A DNA stretch of 64,000 nt from Patescibacteria group bacterium (GTDB lineage: Bacteria; Patescibacteriota; UBA1384; XYA2-FULL-43-10; 1-14-0-10-43-13): positions 51,635 through 115,634 of the forward strand of contig JBAYHC010000002.1 of NCBI GenBank assembly GCA_041666325.1, read 5' to 3'. The notes beneath the pieces are model-generated. The model searched no databases and was not told the origin of the DNA. It worked only from the letters and a program-made list of their open reading frames with translations. Position numbers and translations under genes: made by a program. Shown in pieces: positions 1-9,246 of the stretch; the stretch's first letter is position 1; each line of letters begins with the position of its first letter.

Positions 1-14
1 TTACTGAAACAACT

Positions 15-1115
15 ATGAAATTTGCAATTGATGTTAGAGAAGTGGGCGAAATGAGGGCAGGCAAGGGCTATTACGTTTTTGAGTTAGTAAACCATCTGGC
101 ACAGATCGACCATGAGAATGAGTATGTCCTTTATACCAACAAATCTTTTTTGTGGCAGTTGCCAAAGAACTTCTCATTAAAAGTAGTCTTGGGCAGATCA
201 ATCATGTGGCACAAGCGGCTCGCCAGCCAAATGGAAAAAGATTCAATTAATGCGTTTCTGTCAACATTGAGTTATTTGAGTGCACTTTTTTCGAGTGTGC
301 CAACCGTTTTGGTGGTCCATGACTTGGCGGTTTTTTATGCCCCAATCAAGAGCAAGCGAAAATCCGTGATCGCCGAAAAGCTCACGCTTAATCGTGCAGC
401 CAAGAGGGCAGAAAGAATAATTGCCGTATCAGAAACGACAAAATCAGAGCTAAATCGCTTCAATCCTTCTTTCGGCGACAAAACAGTGGTGGCACCAAAT
501 GCGGTTTCCGATCGTTTTTGCGTTGCATCGAGGGAAGAGGTAAGCAGTTTTATCCGCTCCCGCGGGTTGCCCGATAAATACATTCTCTTTGTCGGTACGC
601 TAGAACCAAGAAAGGGCATATCCGCACTAATAGGTGCCTACGCACAGCTGGATCAGGAGATACAGGAGGAATATCGATTGATTATTGCCGGCAAGAAGGG
701 ATGGTATTACGAGGAGATATTTGACTTAGTCGGTAAGTTGGGGTTAAAAGAGAGGGTTGGCTTCCCGGGATATATTGCGGAAGATGATTTGCCCCTGCTT
801 TATAATGGTGCATCTCTTTTTGTCTTTCCTAGTGTCTATGAAGGTTTCGGCTTGCCTGTGTTGGAGGCGATGAAGTGTGGCACACCAACCATCACGAGTG
901 ATGCTCCTGCTTTGGTGGAGGTGGGTGATGGGGCAGCGCTGTCTGTGCATGTTGGAGATGTCTCTGGTCTGGCAACCCAGATGCAGAAGGTGCTGACGGA
1001 TAGCGTGTTGTCGCGCTTGATGGTTGAAAAGGGTCTAGAAATTGTGAAAAAATACGACTGGAAAAAGAGCGCAAAGATAACGCTGGATACCTTGATTAGA
1101 GCAGTAAAGCAGTAA
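15..1115 (+). CDS. Glycosyltransferase family 1 (GT4-like)
   Basis: 366-aa ORF; C-terminal GT1 signature ...FVFPSVYEGFGLPVLEAMKCGTPTITSD; first gene of glycan locus. Confidence 0.85.
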   Translation: MKFAIDVREVGEMRAGKGYYVFELVNHLAQIDHENEYVLYTNKSFLWQLPKNFSLKVVLGRSIMWHKRLASQMEKDSINAFLSTLSYLSALFSSVPTVLVVHDLAVFYAPIKSKRKSVIAEKLTLNRAAKRAERIIAVSETTKSELNRFNPSFGDKTVVAPNAVSDRFCVASREEVSSFIRSRGLPDKYILFVGTLEPRKGISALIGAYAQLDQEIQEEYRLIIAGKKGWYYEEIFDLVGKLGLKERVGFPGYIAEDDLPLLYNGASLFVFPSVYEGFGLPVLEAMKCGTPTITSDAPALVEVGDGAALSVHVGDVSGLATQMQKVLTDSVLSRLMVEKGLEIVKKYDWKKSAKITLDTLIRAVKQ

Positions 1116-1250
1116 GGCAGTAGAGCGGTGAGGTGGGTAGGGCAAAGCACTACCTTACAACACTATTGTCTTGTCACTTCATTTCTCTGCTACCTTACAT
1201 CCTTATTGCCTTACAACTCTATTACATTATATTAACGACATAGGAGAGTT

Positions 1251-2501
1251 ATGGAATCGTTGGCATATATACTTCTTTACTTAGTGCCATTTGAGAGAAT
1301 CCCATCAATTGAGATTTTCGGGCTAACGGCAAGATTGAGTACATTTGCAATCTTGGTGTTTGTCTTAATCTTCCTGCCTGGTTTTTTGTACAAGAAAAAA
1401 TATTTACCAATATCATCCATTGATAAATCTATTATTGCATTTCTTCTGATTACTTATTCGTCCATCTTGGTGGCGGAAGATAAAAAGCGGGCGCTGATCG
1501 TTGCTGCTCTCCTAACATTTGTTATCTGTGGCTACTTATTAGTAACCCGTGTGCTGCGCGTAAAATTTAACTTTGAAAAAGTATCCAAGGTGATTATCTG
1601 GTCTGCGTTAGCGACTGCCTTATTTGGCTTTTTCCAGTTCTTTGGCGATAGCCGTTTCGGCTTGCCGGCCAATGTGACGGGACTCATTCCCAGATACACA
1701 AAAGAGATATTGGGTTTTGCCAGAGTCCAATCAGTCGGCATGGAGCCTCTTTACTATGCTAACTTTTTGTTCCTTCCGATTTTTATTCTGTCCAGCCGAA
1801 TCTTGACTGCAGCCAAGAAGCCAGCTGTCTTTGACCTTGTCTCGCTCACAATAGTTTTGTCTGCCTTTATTTTGTCCTTGTCTCGTGGGGCTTATGCTGG
1901 TTTCGCTGCTGGTATTGTTACTCTGATTGCTTTGTTGGTCATCTTTTCTCATCTGAGAAAGCATGCTTGGAAACTGGTAATTGTTGGTTTGGTCGCCTGG
2001 GGGTTGTCTCAGATGGCCGTGCTGGATGTTTCTGGTGGTCAGGGTGTGACAGATTTTACGGAACAGGTGACTGTGCCAGAGAAAACAGCCGGAGCGTCGA
2101 CTAATCCCAGACTAGAGTCATACCGTGAAGCCATCCGGTTGTTCAGAGAAAATCCGATTTTGGGCGTGGGAATCGGCAACTACGGTGTTGTTTCTAAATT
2201 TGAGAAGAATATTGCCGAGGCCGGGTATATTATTGTAAATAACCAATACCTAGAAACTTTAGCAGAAACCGGGATTGTCGGTTTTGTCTCCTTTGCCGTA
2301 CTAATTTTTCTTCTTATCGTCAAGCTGTTTCGCGCCTTGAGGCTCAACAAGGCAAATGCGCCATCCATTGCTCTGACGTTGACCCTCGTCTCGGTTTTGA
2401 CTCAATATAACTTTTTCTCAACTATTTATATTCTATATATTTGGATAGTGGTGGCTCTTATAGAATCGATGCCGATAGCAACAGGGGAAGGGGACAAGTG
2501 A
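1251..2501 (+). CDS. O-antigen ligase / Wzy_C family polytopic membrane protein
   Basis: 416 aa, ~10 predicted TM helices, Wzy_C-like loop motif LSLSRGAYAGFAAG; RBS taggagag upstream of ATG. Confidence 0.6.
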   Translation: MESLAYILLYLVPFERIPSIEIFGLTARLSTFAILVFVLIFLPGFLYKKKYLPISSIDKSIIAFLLITYSSILVAEDKKRALIVAALLTFVICGYLLVTRVLRVKFNFEKVSKVIIWSALATALFGFFQFFGDSRFGLPANVTGLIPRYTKEILGFARVQSVGMEPLYYANFLFLPIFILSSRILTAAKKPAVFDLVSLTIVLSAFILSLSRGAYAGFAAGIVTLIALLVIFSHLRKHAWKLVIVGLVAWGLSQMAVLDVSGGQGVTDFTEQVTVPEKTAGASTNPRLESYREAIRLFRENPILGVGIGNYGVVSKFEKNIAEAGYIIVNNQYLETLAETGIVGFVSFAVLIFLLIVKLFRALRLNKANAPSIALTLTLVSVLTQYNFFSTIYILYIWIVVALIESMPIATGEGDK

Positions 2502-4030
2502 AGCAAGATAAGCTCGGGAAGAAATTTGTCGTCCCGGTGATTATGCTTGCGCTCTTTTTCTTGGCCCTAAATATTCTCTGGTCTTACCTGGACAAGACTC
2601 CACCGCATTGGGATATGGCCAGGCATCTATCCAATAGTCTTGACTATCATCGGTATTTGATCGATCTTAATTGGCGCAAGCTGATCTTTAATTACTCATA
2701 TTACCCACCCTTTTATTATTGGCTGACTGCCCTGTGGTATTTGGTTGTTGGCAGGTCGATTGATGCTGCAATTTCAACAAATCTGTTCTTTGTTGTAGCA
2801 CTTGCGATCAGTGTTTATTTCAGTGCGAAGAAATTACAAGACGAAAGATCTGCTTGCTTGGCCGCTCTTCTTGCGTTAACCTTTCCGATGCTGTCGAGCC
2901 AATTTAAAGAGTTTCAGCTGGATGCACCGCTGACAGTGATGGTTTCTCTTGGCCTAACGTTTCTCTTGTATAGCGATAATTTTCGCAATAGAAAATCGAT
3001 TGTCTTTCTGGGTATCGTCTCTGGCCTGGCCATGCTTACGAAGTGGACCTACGCTGCTTATGTGCTTGTGCCATTGATTTATCTATTGGCAGAATCATTA
3101 CTTAAATTTCCCAGAGAGAGAATTAGCATTCTGAAAAATGCTCTTATCGCCGCGATTGCTACATCGATTATCGCCGGACCCTGGTACACGCATAATCTGT
3201 CCGACATCAAGCGAGATGTTGACGGAAGCGGTATAAATGCTGCTCTGGCCGAGGGCGATCCGGTCGGCTTGACGTTGAAAGCATTCATGTTTTATTTTTG
3301 GACGTTCATTGAGCATCATTTTTGGCTTATCGGCACTATAATTTTCTTGGTTGGGTTGGTGGTCCTGCTCAGCAATCGCGAATCACGCCGCAAGTATGCG
3401 ATATATCTGATCTCCGTCATTGTCGGTTATATCATCTTTTCGACTTTTCCCAACAAAGATGCCAGATTTATCATGCCGATCGTTCCCTCTGTGGCCATAA
3501 TCATTATCGGTTTCATGTCCCTGTTACCAAAGACTCCAAGAGCATTCCTGGCAGTCTATTTGATTATCTTTGCTTTTTTCACCTTCTTTGAAACCACCTT
3601 CAGCTTGCCATTCACTAAAAGCATCTCATGGCAAACGGAGGGTAAGCACTGGATCAATGTTTATCTGGAGAGGAGCTACACCGTTACGGCGCCAAGCCAA
3701 CTTGATTGGCATTATGACGTAATTGTTTCCAGAGCTAGATCTGACGCAGGCGAGGACAGAACTATTCAGTTTCTGGGACAAGACCGCTCTGAGTTTAATC
3801 GATGGGCTTTGGCATATTACAGCAGGCTTTATGGTATGGAGTGGGTTGGCGAAAATACATCTAGCGTCAATTTCCGCTATCTCGTATTTCGTGAAGCCGG
3901 GGAAAGCTATGCCCAAAAAGAAGAGGAATTGTTTCGAGAGGGGTTTTCCCCTGATGTCATGGGCCAGTGGATTCTTCCAGATGGAACGAGCGCCTACCTG
4001 ATAAAGATAGAAGGGGAGCAAGATGTTTAA
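2441..4030 (+). CDS. GT-C fold glycosyltransferase, PMT_2/ArnT-like (family 39/83-like) membrane protein
   Basis: 529-aa polytopic membrane protein; N-terminal region PPHWDMARHLSNSLDY resembles PMT/ArnT family; likely real start GTG at ~2498 after RBS aggggaagggga (ORF frame opens at 2441). Confidence 0.5.
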   Translation: MDSGGSYRIDADSNRGRGQVKQDKLGKKFVVPVIMLALFFLALNILWSYLDKTPPHWDMARHLSNSLDYHRYLIDLNWRKLIFNYSYYPPFYYWLTALWYLVVGRSIDAAISTNLFFVVALAISVYFSAKKLQDERSACLAALLALTFPMLSSQFKEFQLDAPLTVMVSLGLTFLLYSDNFRNRKSIVFLGIVSGLAMLTKWTYAAYVLVPLIYLLAESLLKFPRERISILKNALIAAIATSIIAGPWYTHNLSDIKRDVDGSGINAALAEGDPVGLTLKAFMFYFWTFIEHHFWLIGTIIFLVGLVVLLSNRESRRKYAIYLISVIVGYIIFSTFPNKDARFIMPIVPSVAIIIIGFMSLLPKTPRAFLAVYLIIFAFFTFFETTFSLPFTKSISWQTEGKHWINVYLERSYTVTAPSQLDWHYDVIVSRARSDAGEDRTIQFLGQDRSEFNRWALAYYSRLYGMEWVGENTSSVNFRYLVFREAGESYAQKEEELFREGFSPDVMGQWILPDGTSAYLIKIEGEQDV

Positions 4031-5219
4031 GCTGGTTATGATTATTCTTATTGCTACTGTTTTTCTTGTGCCTTTTTATTTCTTTCGCTTTGATCTTCTG
4101 GGGGTGCCGACGAATATTTTTGAGGTAGCGATTTTCGCTGCCATCCTGGCGGCGATAGTTGATCTTGTCGCAAAGAAAAGACGTGTAAATTGGGGTGGGA
4201 TCTGGCCATACTTGCTTCTGGTTTCGGTTCTTGTTGGAGCAATAATCTCTGAGGACAAGACCAGAGCCGCTGGTATCGCAAAGGGTTGGTTTATTGCTCC
4301 AATCTTGCTTTATTGGTTAATGATTAACTTTGGCAACAAAAGCTCTATCCGCAAAATCGTCCTCGCGCAATTCTTCGCTATGATTGTGATTGCGCTGTGG
4401 GCAATCTTGCAGCGGTTCGAGGTGGTCGGTTTACTCTTCTACCAAAAGGGCGACCCGTCATTCTTGCAATATCTGGGAGATACGCCTCGGTCGTTCGGAC
4501 CATTTGAATCACCGAATTATCTTGCGATGTATTTGGTGCCAACTATCTTCATATCATTGTCGACACTGACTTTTATCAGGCCTATTGGCCAAAGGTTAAT
4601 TCTGGCTTCCGGACTAATTATAGCTATTATCGCCCTTCTGCTGTCGGGCTCACGGGGTGGTGTGATTGCTCTAGCACTGGCGTTATTGGTGCTCCTTGTA
4701 ATAATTATCGGCCGACGCCTAGGCAAGCAGGCGTCACTATTGATTGCCGCACTGATCGCAGCATTGTCGTTGTTCTCAATCTGGAAGATCGCGCCGGCGC
4801 AGGATCAAGCCAGGATTGAGATCTATGCTTATTCAGTTGAGATGATCCAATCGCACCCTTTTGCAGGTATTGGTCTTGGTAGCTTTAGAGATGAAATTAC
4901 CAAACTTTCTGTGGGTAATCCGACATTTATTGAGCATGGTCTACCATTCGCTCTGCACCCCCACAATCTTTACTTGGCAATATGGCTGAATCTGGGTTTG
5001 TCCGGATTGCTTGTTTTTGGCTTGCTATTGTGGGGGTTTTTAAGAAAAGCCAGATCGGACAATGGTGGAGTAGGGCTGTTTGCGCTTTTGGCAATGGTTG
5101 CGATTTTAGCACACGGTTTGGTTGATACAACTTATTTTAAGAATGATCTTGCTGCCCTATTTTGGTTGATTTATGCAATCCCGTATCTCCCAAGTGAGAA
5201 TGATGAAAACAAGTTTTAA
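4023..5219 (+). CDS. O-antigen ligase / Wzy_C family membrane protein (paralog 2)
   Basis: 398 aa, multi-TM, motif LSGSRGGVIALALALLVLL typical of Wzy_C loop region; 4-bp overlap with upstream gene. Confidence 0.6.
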   Translation: MFKLVMIILIATVFLVPFYFFRFDLLGVPTNIFEVAIFAAILAAIVDLVAKKRRVNWGGIWPYLLLVSVLVGAIISEDKTRAAGIAKGWFIAPILLYWLMINFGNKSSIRKIVLAQFFAMIVIALWAILQRFEVVGLLFYQKGDPSFLQYLGDTPRSFGPFESPNYLAMYLVPTIFISLSTLTFIRPIGQRLILASGLIIAIIALLLSGSRGGVIALALALLVLLVIIIGRRLGKQASLLIAALIAALSLFSIWKIAPAQDQARIEIYAYSVEMIQSHPFAGIGLGSFRDEITKLSVGNPTFIEHGLPFALHPHNLYLAIWLNLGLSGLLVFGLLLWGFLRKARSDNGGVGLFALLAMVAILAHGLVDTTYFKNDLAALFWLIYAIPYLPSENDENKF

Positions 5220-6495
5220 GAAAACAATATATCATTTTCTGTTAGCAGTTATTGTTTTTATTCCTTTTCAGTCTCTTGCGGTTGCGATTCTAGGGAACAT
5301 TAGTAATCTGCCTGCTGCGGAAGTATTTTGGCTTGCTCACTGGTATGAGCCCGTTTCACTTCTATTGCTACCGGCAATAATTTTGAGCAGAATTGTGAAG
5401 GGAAATATCAGCCGAGATCGTCTTTGGTTGATGGCTATCGGGTTGATTGCCTTTGGCTTCGTAACAATAATTACCGGAGATTTGCCAGTCGGCAGAATGC
5501 TTGAGGGATTCAGGTTTACTTTGTTCCCGATTTTGATCTTTCTGCTGGCTTCTTCGCGTGTCTTTCGGTCGTGGGAAAAGAGAACTTTTGTGACAACATA
5601 TTTGGTCTTGGCATTACTGATTGCCATCCTAGCTGTTGTTGAGCGTTTTTTGCCGCCACATTATCTTGAATTTCTGGGTATATTGCCGCAAGGTTCACTT
5701 TTTGGTTTTGGTAATTTTACAATCGTCGAGGTCTATCAAAGTTCCTCGCTTATTGGTGCCCCTAATCAACTTGCTACGTATCTTCTGCCCGCACTTTTTT
5801 TGTTCTTGATAAAAGCGAAGCGAGGAGAGATGAGTAGACTTTGTGCTGTTCCTGCCAGCACAATCATTGCTTTGGCAATTTTATTTACATTTTCTCGATC
5901 GGCGTTAATTGGAGCTGTCTTTGCCTTATTGGTGTCGGCAATGCTTTATTTTAGAGACAGATATTGGAGTATGACCATCGCATCCTCTTTGCCGTTTTTT
6001 GTTCTGATTCCGTACTTGGTATATATTAGATCCGGAGGCATGTGGTGGGATCTTTTCACCCACGGAGCATCTCAGACACAGCATGCTGGTGCCTTGGAGC
6101 AAAGTTTGACCGAGTTAGGGTCAAGACTTAGCCAGCCAGGAACGTTGTTTTTTGGTTCGGGCTTAGGGTCGGCCGGCCCGCTTGTGTTGAAATATGGCGA
6201 TGGCCTTGTCTCTGAGAGTTGGTATCTTCAGCTGTTCCTTGAGCTTGGTTTGATTGGATTTATGCTTTGGTTTTTTCTAATCATTGCCATGTGCAAGCGA
6301 TTGATCGATGGCTCTGGTGACTCAGAGAAGCCAATGCTGGCCTTGGGTTTGATTGCCGTTTTAGTTGCTGCCCTCTTTCTTCATACGTTGTCTGACAATC
6401 CGGCAGTTAGCATTACGTTATTTATTTTGATCGGGGTGTATGCGACCGAAGATGCCCAGATCGCTAGAGCTGCGCAATCTGGGGCAAGAGAATGA
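5173..6495 (+). CDS. O-antigen ligase / Wzy_C family membrane protein (paralog 3)
   Basis: 440 aa multi-TM; motif FSRSALIGAVFALLVS; probable start at MMKTSF (~5200). Confidence 0.55.
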   Translation: MQSRISQVRMMKTSFKKTIYHFLLAVIVFIPFQSLAVAILGNISNLPAAEVFWLAHWYEPVSLLLLPAIILSRIVKGNISRDRLWLMAIGLIAFGFVTIITGDLPVGRMLEGFRFTLFPILIFLLASSRVFRSWEKRTFVTTYLVLALLIAILAVVERFLPPHYLEFLGILPQGSLFGFGNFTIVEVYQSSSLIGAPNQLATYLLPALFLFLIKAKRGEMSRLCAVPASTIIALAILFTFSRSALIGAVFALLVSAMLYFRDRYWSMTIASSLPFFVLIPYLVYIRSGGMWWDLFTHGASQTQHAGALEQSLTELGSRLSQPGTLFFGSGLGSAGPLVLKYGDGLVSESWYLQLFLELGLIGFMLWFFLIIAMCKRLIDGSGDSEKPMLALGLIAVLVAALFLHTLSDNPAVSITLFILIGVYATEDAQIARAAQSGARE

Positions 6496-6543
6496 GCGTA
6501 ACGTGTGATATTTATGATTGATTTTTTAGGACAGGATTATACT

Positions 6544-7770
6544 ATGAGCAAAATCTTAATTGATGGCAGATTTGTGGGTGTTGGCGAATCAATGACTCGC
6601 TATACTCTGGAAATCCTGCGGGGTGTTTTGGAGCTGGACAAAGAGAATGAGTACACATTGCTCGTTCGGCCGCAGGGATTAGGGGCAATCAATGAATTTT
6701 TTGGTGAATCGGAAATCAAAAGACACGAATCAGGGAGTGACCCTTTTCGAGCCGAGATTAAAGATTCAAGCTTTATGATTCAAGTACTCGACATACCTCA
6801 TTATTCCTTGCCTGAGCAAACAAAGTTGCTGCAATACTTAAATAAAAGCAAGTATGACCTGGTCCACTTTATCCAGTTCAATCACCCTGTCCGCTACAAG
6901 GCGCCCTATGTTGTGACCGTGCACGATTTGACCATGGTGGGCTACTTGCACAGATCGAATCCGCTTAAGCGTTTAGCCTTTGGCAGAGTGATGAAATCTG
7001 CCGTCAGGGATTCAAGGCGGATAATTACCGTTTCTAATACATCTCGTGATGAAATCGTTGAGTATTATCGGATTGACAAGGACAAGATTGATACTGTTTA
7101 CAATGGCATTAATCATGAGCGCTACAATGCCCTGATTGAGGATAAAGAGCTGAAAACTAAACAATTTAGGAAGAAGTACGAGATTGATGGTGATTACTTG
7201 CTCTACACTGGGATGTGGAAAAAGCACAAGAACTTGCTCAGGCTTTTGAAAGCCTTCGAGCAAGTAAAATCCAAAATCCAAAATCCAAAATCCAAAAATA
7301 TAGAAGGCTTGCAACTAGTATTGGTGGGGAAGAAGGACGAGAGCGAGCCAGAGGTGCTTGCTGAAATTAAAAGAATCAACAACCTAAAATCGAAAATCAA
7401 AGATCGAAAATCTATTGTAACGACTGGCTATATCAAAGAAGAAGAGTTGCCGGTGGCCTATGCCGGGGCATTGGCATATGCTATTCCCTCACTCTCTGAG
7501 GGGTTTGGTCTGCCGCCGCTCGAAGCCATGGCTTGTGGTGCGCCTGTTATTTCATCGAATGTTTCCTGTATGCCGGAGGTCTTGGGTGACGCACCGCTTT
7601 ATTTTGATCCTTATGATGTCGATGATATTGCTGGTGCGATAGAACAAACAGTAGAAAGTCGGGAACTAAGGAACGACTTGATTAAGAAGGGGCTGGTCCA
7701 GGCCAAAAAGTACTCATGGGATAAGGCGGCGAGAGAGACGTGGGAAGTGTATAAAAAGTTGCTAGGATAA
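6544..7770 (+). CDS. Glycosyltransferase family 1 (GT4-like) with internal low-complexity K/S-rich linker
   Basis: GT1 signature [23 protein letters not shown]; start taken at MSKILIDG (ORF frame opens 6505); contains heptanucleotide repeat 7266-7293. Confidence 0.85.
   Translation: MSKILIDGRFVGVGESMTRYTLEILRGVLELDKENEYTLLVRPQGLGAINEFFGESEIKRHESGSDPFRAEIKDSSFMIQVLDIPHYSLPEQTKLLQYLNKSKYDLVHFIQFNHPVRYKAPYVVTVHDLTMVGYLHRSNPLKRLAFGRVMKSAVRDSRRIITVSNTSRDEIVEYYRIDKDKIDTVYNGINHERYNALIEDKELKTKQFRKKYEIDGDYLLYTGMWKKHKNLLRLLKAFEQVKSKIQNPKSKNIEGLQLVLVGKKDESEPEVLAEIKRINNLKSKIKDRKSIVTTGYIKEEELPVAYAGALAYAIPSLSEGFGLPPLEAMACGAPVISSNVSCMPEVLGDAPLYFDPYDVDDIAGAIEQTVESRELRNDLIKKGLVQAKKYSWDKAARETWEVYKKLLG
7266..7299. 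repeat. Perfect tandem heptanucleotide repeat (AAAATCC)x4 plus partial copy, inside GT4 CDS
   Basis: Direct reading: aaaatcc aaaatcc aaaatcc aaaatcc aaaaata; encodes [10 protein letters not shown]; second degenerate repeat aaaatcgaaaatcaaagatcgaaaatc at ~7384-7420. Confidence 0.9.
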
Positions 7771-7873
7771 TATTTTATTCTATATGTTAGCTAGTAAGGC
7801 AGTAGGGCAATAAGGAGGTAGAGCACTAAGACTCTGAGTCTCAGTCAGAGTACTTTTTGTGTGGGTATTAAAT

Positions 7874-7913
7874 AAAAAAGACCGGCGGCACCCCAAGAAG
7901 GGGGCGCCACCGG
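7874..7913 (-). terminator. Rho-independent terminator of high-GC lipoprotein gene
   Basis: minus strand: CCGGTGGCGCCCC-cttctt-GGGGTGCCGCCGG followed by TCTTTTTTATTT; immediately downstream of stop at 7939. Confidence 0.7.
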
Positions 7914-7938
7914 CGTGTGTAATCGAACGTGCCAGGAT

Positions 7939-8889
7939 CTACCTGGCGGTGTGAACCTGCATCGGCAGGTGCGGCGGGTCCGCGCTGGCGTTTACCGGCT
8001 GGACCTGCAGCCCGCGTGCGCGGGTGATGACCCGCACCTGGCGGCGGAAGTGGTCATCGGTCCCGACCGTGCCCCACCACAGGTAGACGCCATTGGAGGC
8101 GAACTTCCAGCGGCGGGGCTGGTCCGTGCCTGTCACGGGCGTGGGCTGGGGCAGCGTGCCGCCGACGGGGGTAAAGGCGTACTGGACGCCCTCGGTTACC
8201 TCCGCGTTGGCGGCATCGTAGACCTTGGGCAGGATCTCCTGACCGTTGCCGGCGAGACACTGGTCGCCGAAGAGCGAGAGCTCGTCCGGCGTGGTGTCCT
8301 CCGGATCGTAGCTCCAGAGCTTGAGCAGGTGGGGGCTGACCCGCACCTTGCACGTCAGCTCGAACCTGGCGAAGCGCAGCCCCGAGGCTTCGGTCGGCTT
8401 CACGCCGACGATCAGGTCGTACGTGCCCGCCGCCGGCTTGTAGATGCCCGGGGCGGCCGGTGTGACAACTGTCGTGCCCGAGCTTGTGACCAGCCGGTAA
8501 TCCAAGATGAACTTGTCACTTGGCTGCCCACCGGCAGTTATGTCCTCGATCCAGCTTGCCAGCCACTCGTCTTTGCAGGCCCAGCGGTTGGTGGCGTTGG
8601 CACCCTCGAGCTCGACCCACTTGCCATTGGGGTCGGCGTTGGAGCTGCCGACCCAGAACGGCACTGTCAGCCGATAGATGCGCGTCTCCGGCTCGAGCCG
8701 GAATGAGTTGGCGTTCCGGTCGATGACCGGAGTCACGGTCGTGCCACCCGGCGGGGGCGGGTTGGTGCCGCCACCGGATGACGAACCGTTCCCGTTGGTG
8801 TTGGAGTTGTCGAGGACCGTTCCGCCTCCGCCCCCACAACCGCCAACACCGATACCAGCACACAACACTACCAGCAAAAGGTACCTCAT
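7939..8889 (-). CDS. High-GC (~67%) secreted lipoprotein, unknown function (foreign-composition islet 1)
   Basis: 316 aa; N-terminus MRYLLLVVLCAGIGVGGCGGG = signal peptide with Cys lipobox and Gly/Ser/Pro-rich linker; GC far above flanks; RBS gaaaggaaggga before ATG. Confidence 0.6.
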   Translation of the reverse strand: MRYLLLVVLCAGIGVGGCGGGGGTVLDNSNTNGNGSSSGGGTNPPPPGGTTVTPVIDRNANSFRLEPETRIYRLTVPFWVGSSNADPNGKWVELEGANATNRWACKDEWLASWIEDITAGGQPSDKFILDYRLVTSSGTTVVTPAAPGIYKPAAGTYDLIVGVKPTEASGLRFARFELTCKVRVSPHLLKLWSYDPEDTTPDELSLFGDQCLAGNGQEILPKVYDAANAEVTEGVQYAFTPVGGTLPQPTPVTGTDQPRRWKFASNGVYLWWGTVGTDDHFRRQVRVITRARGLQVQPVNASADPPHLPMQVHTAR

Positions 8890-9051
8890 GATGTGTCCCT
8901 TCCTTTCGTTACGTTTGGATGCTCCTGAACGGGCGGTGAAGTATGTGCTTTTTGCGAATTCCGGCGCCGGTGGAAGCCTCGAGAGGCAGGGCTGGCGTGG
9001 GCGGCTGAAGCAAAAAGGACATACGAGCCAGTGTAAGTAACGTAACTAGCT

Positions 9052-9080
9052 TTTATATCACAAAACGGTACTAATGTCAA
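9052..9080 (-). promoter_or_regulatory. Sigma70-like promoter (TTGACA-17-TATAAA) driving islet-1 lipoprotein gene, ~155-nt GC-rich 5'UTR
   Basis: minus strand reads TTGACAttagtaccgttttgtgaTATAAA; AT-rich promoter abutting GC-rich transcribed region. Confidence 0.5.
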
Positions 9081-9246
9081 GATTGAAAAGGTAAATCATT
9101 CATGATATTGTAGCGGTGACTGATTGAGAGCTCAAATGGTGCCAAGTTTGTTGTACTTGGCTCAGTTTTTAATAAACTAATCTAATATCATTACCCTCAC
9201 CCCAACCCTCTCATAGAGGGAGAGGGAACAGGGAAGAAAGGAAACC

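Noticed and set aside
7915-8706. 263-aa plus-strand ORF (and several 60-120-aa ORFs) overlapping the high-GC lipoprotein gene
   Set aside because: Stop-codon-poor high-GC DNA creates long open frames on all strands. The minus-strand frame has a signal peptide/lipobox, an RBS and a terminator, so the antisense ORFs are treated as spurious.
9190-9246. Inverted repeat CCCTCTC-atagagg-GAGAGGG upstream of hppA as a riboswitch or regulatory element
   Set aside because: It is short (7-bp stem) and purine-rich, consistent with an ordinary 5'UTR and RBS region. There is no supporting conservation information.
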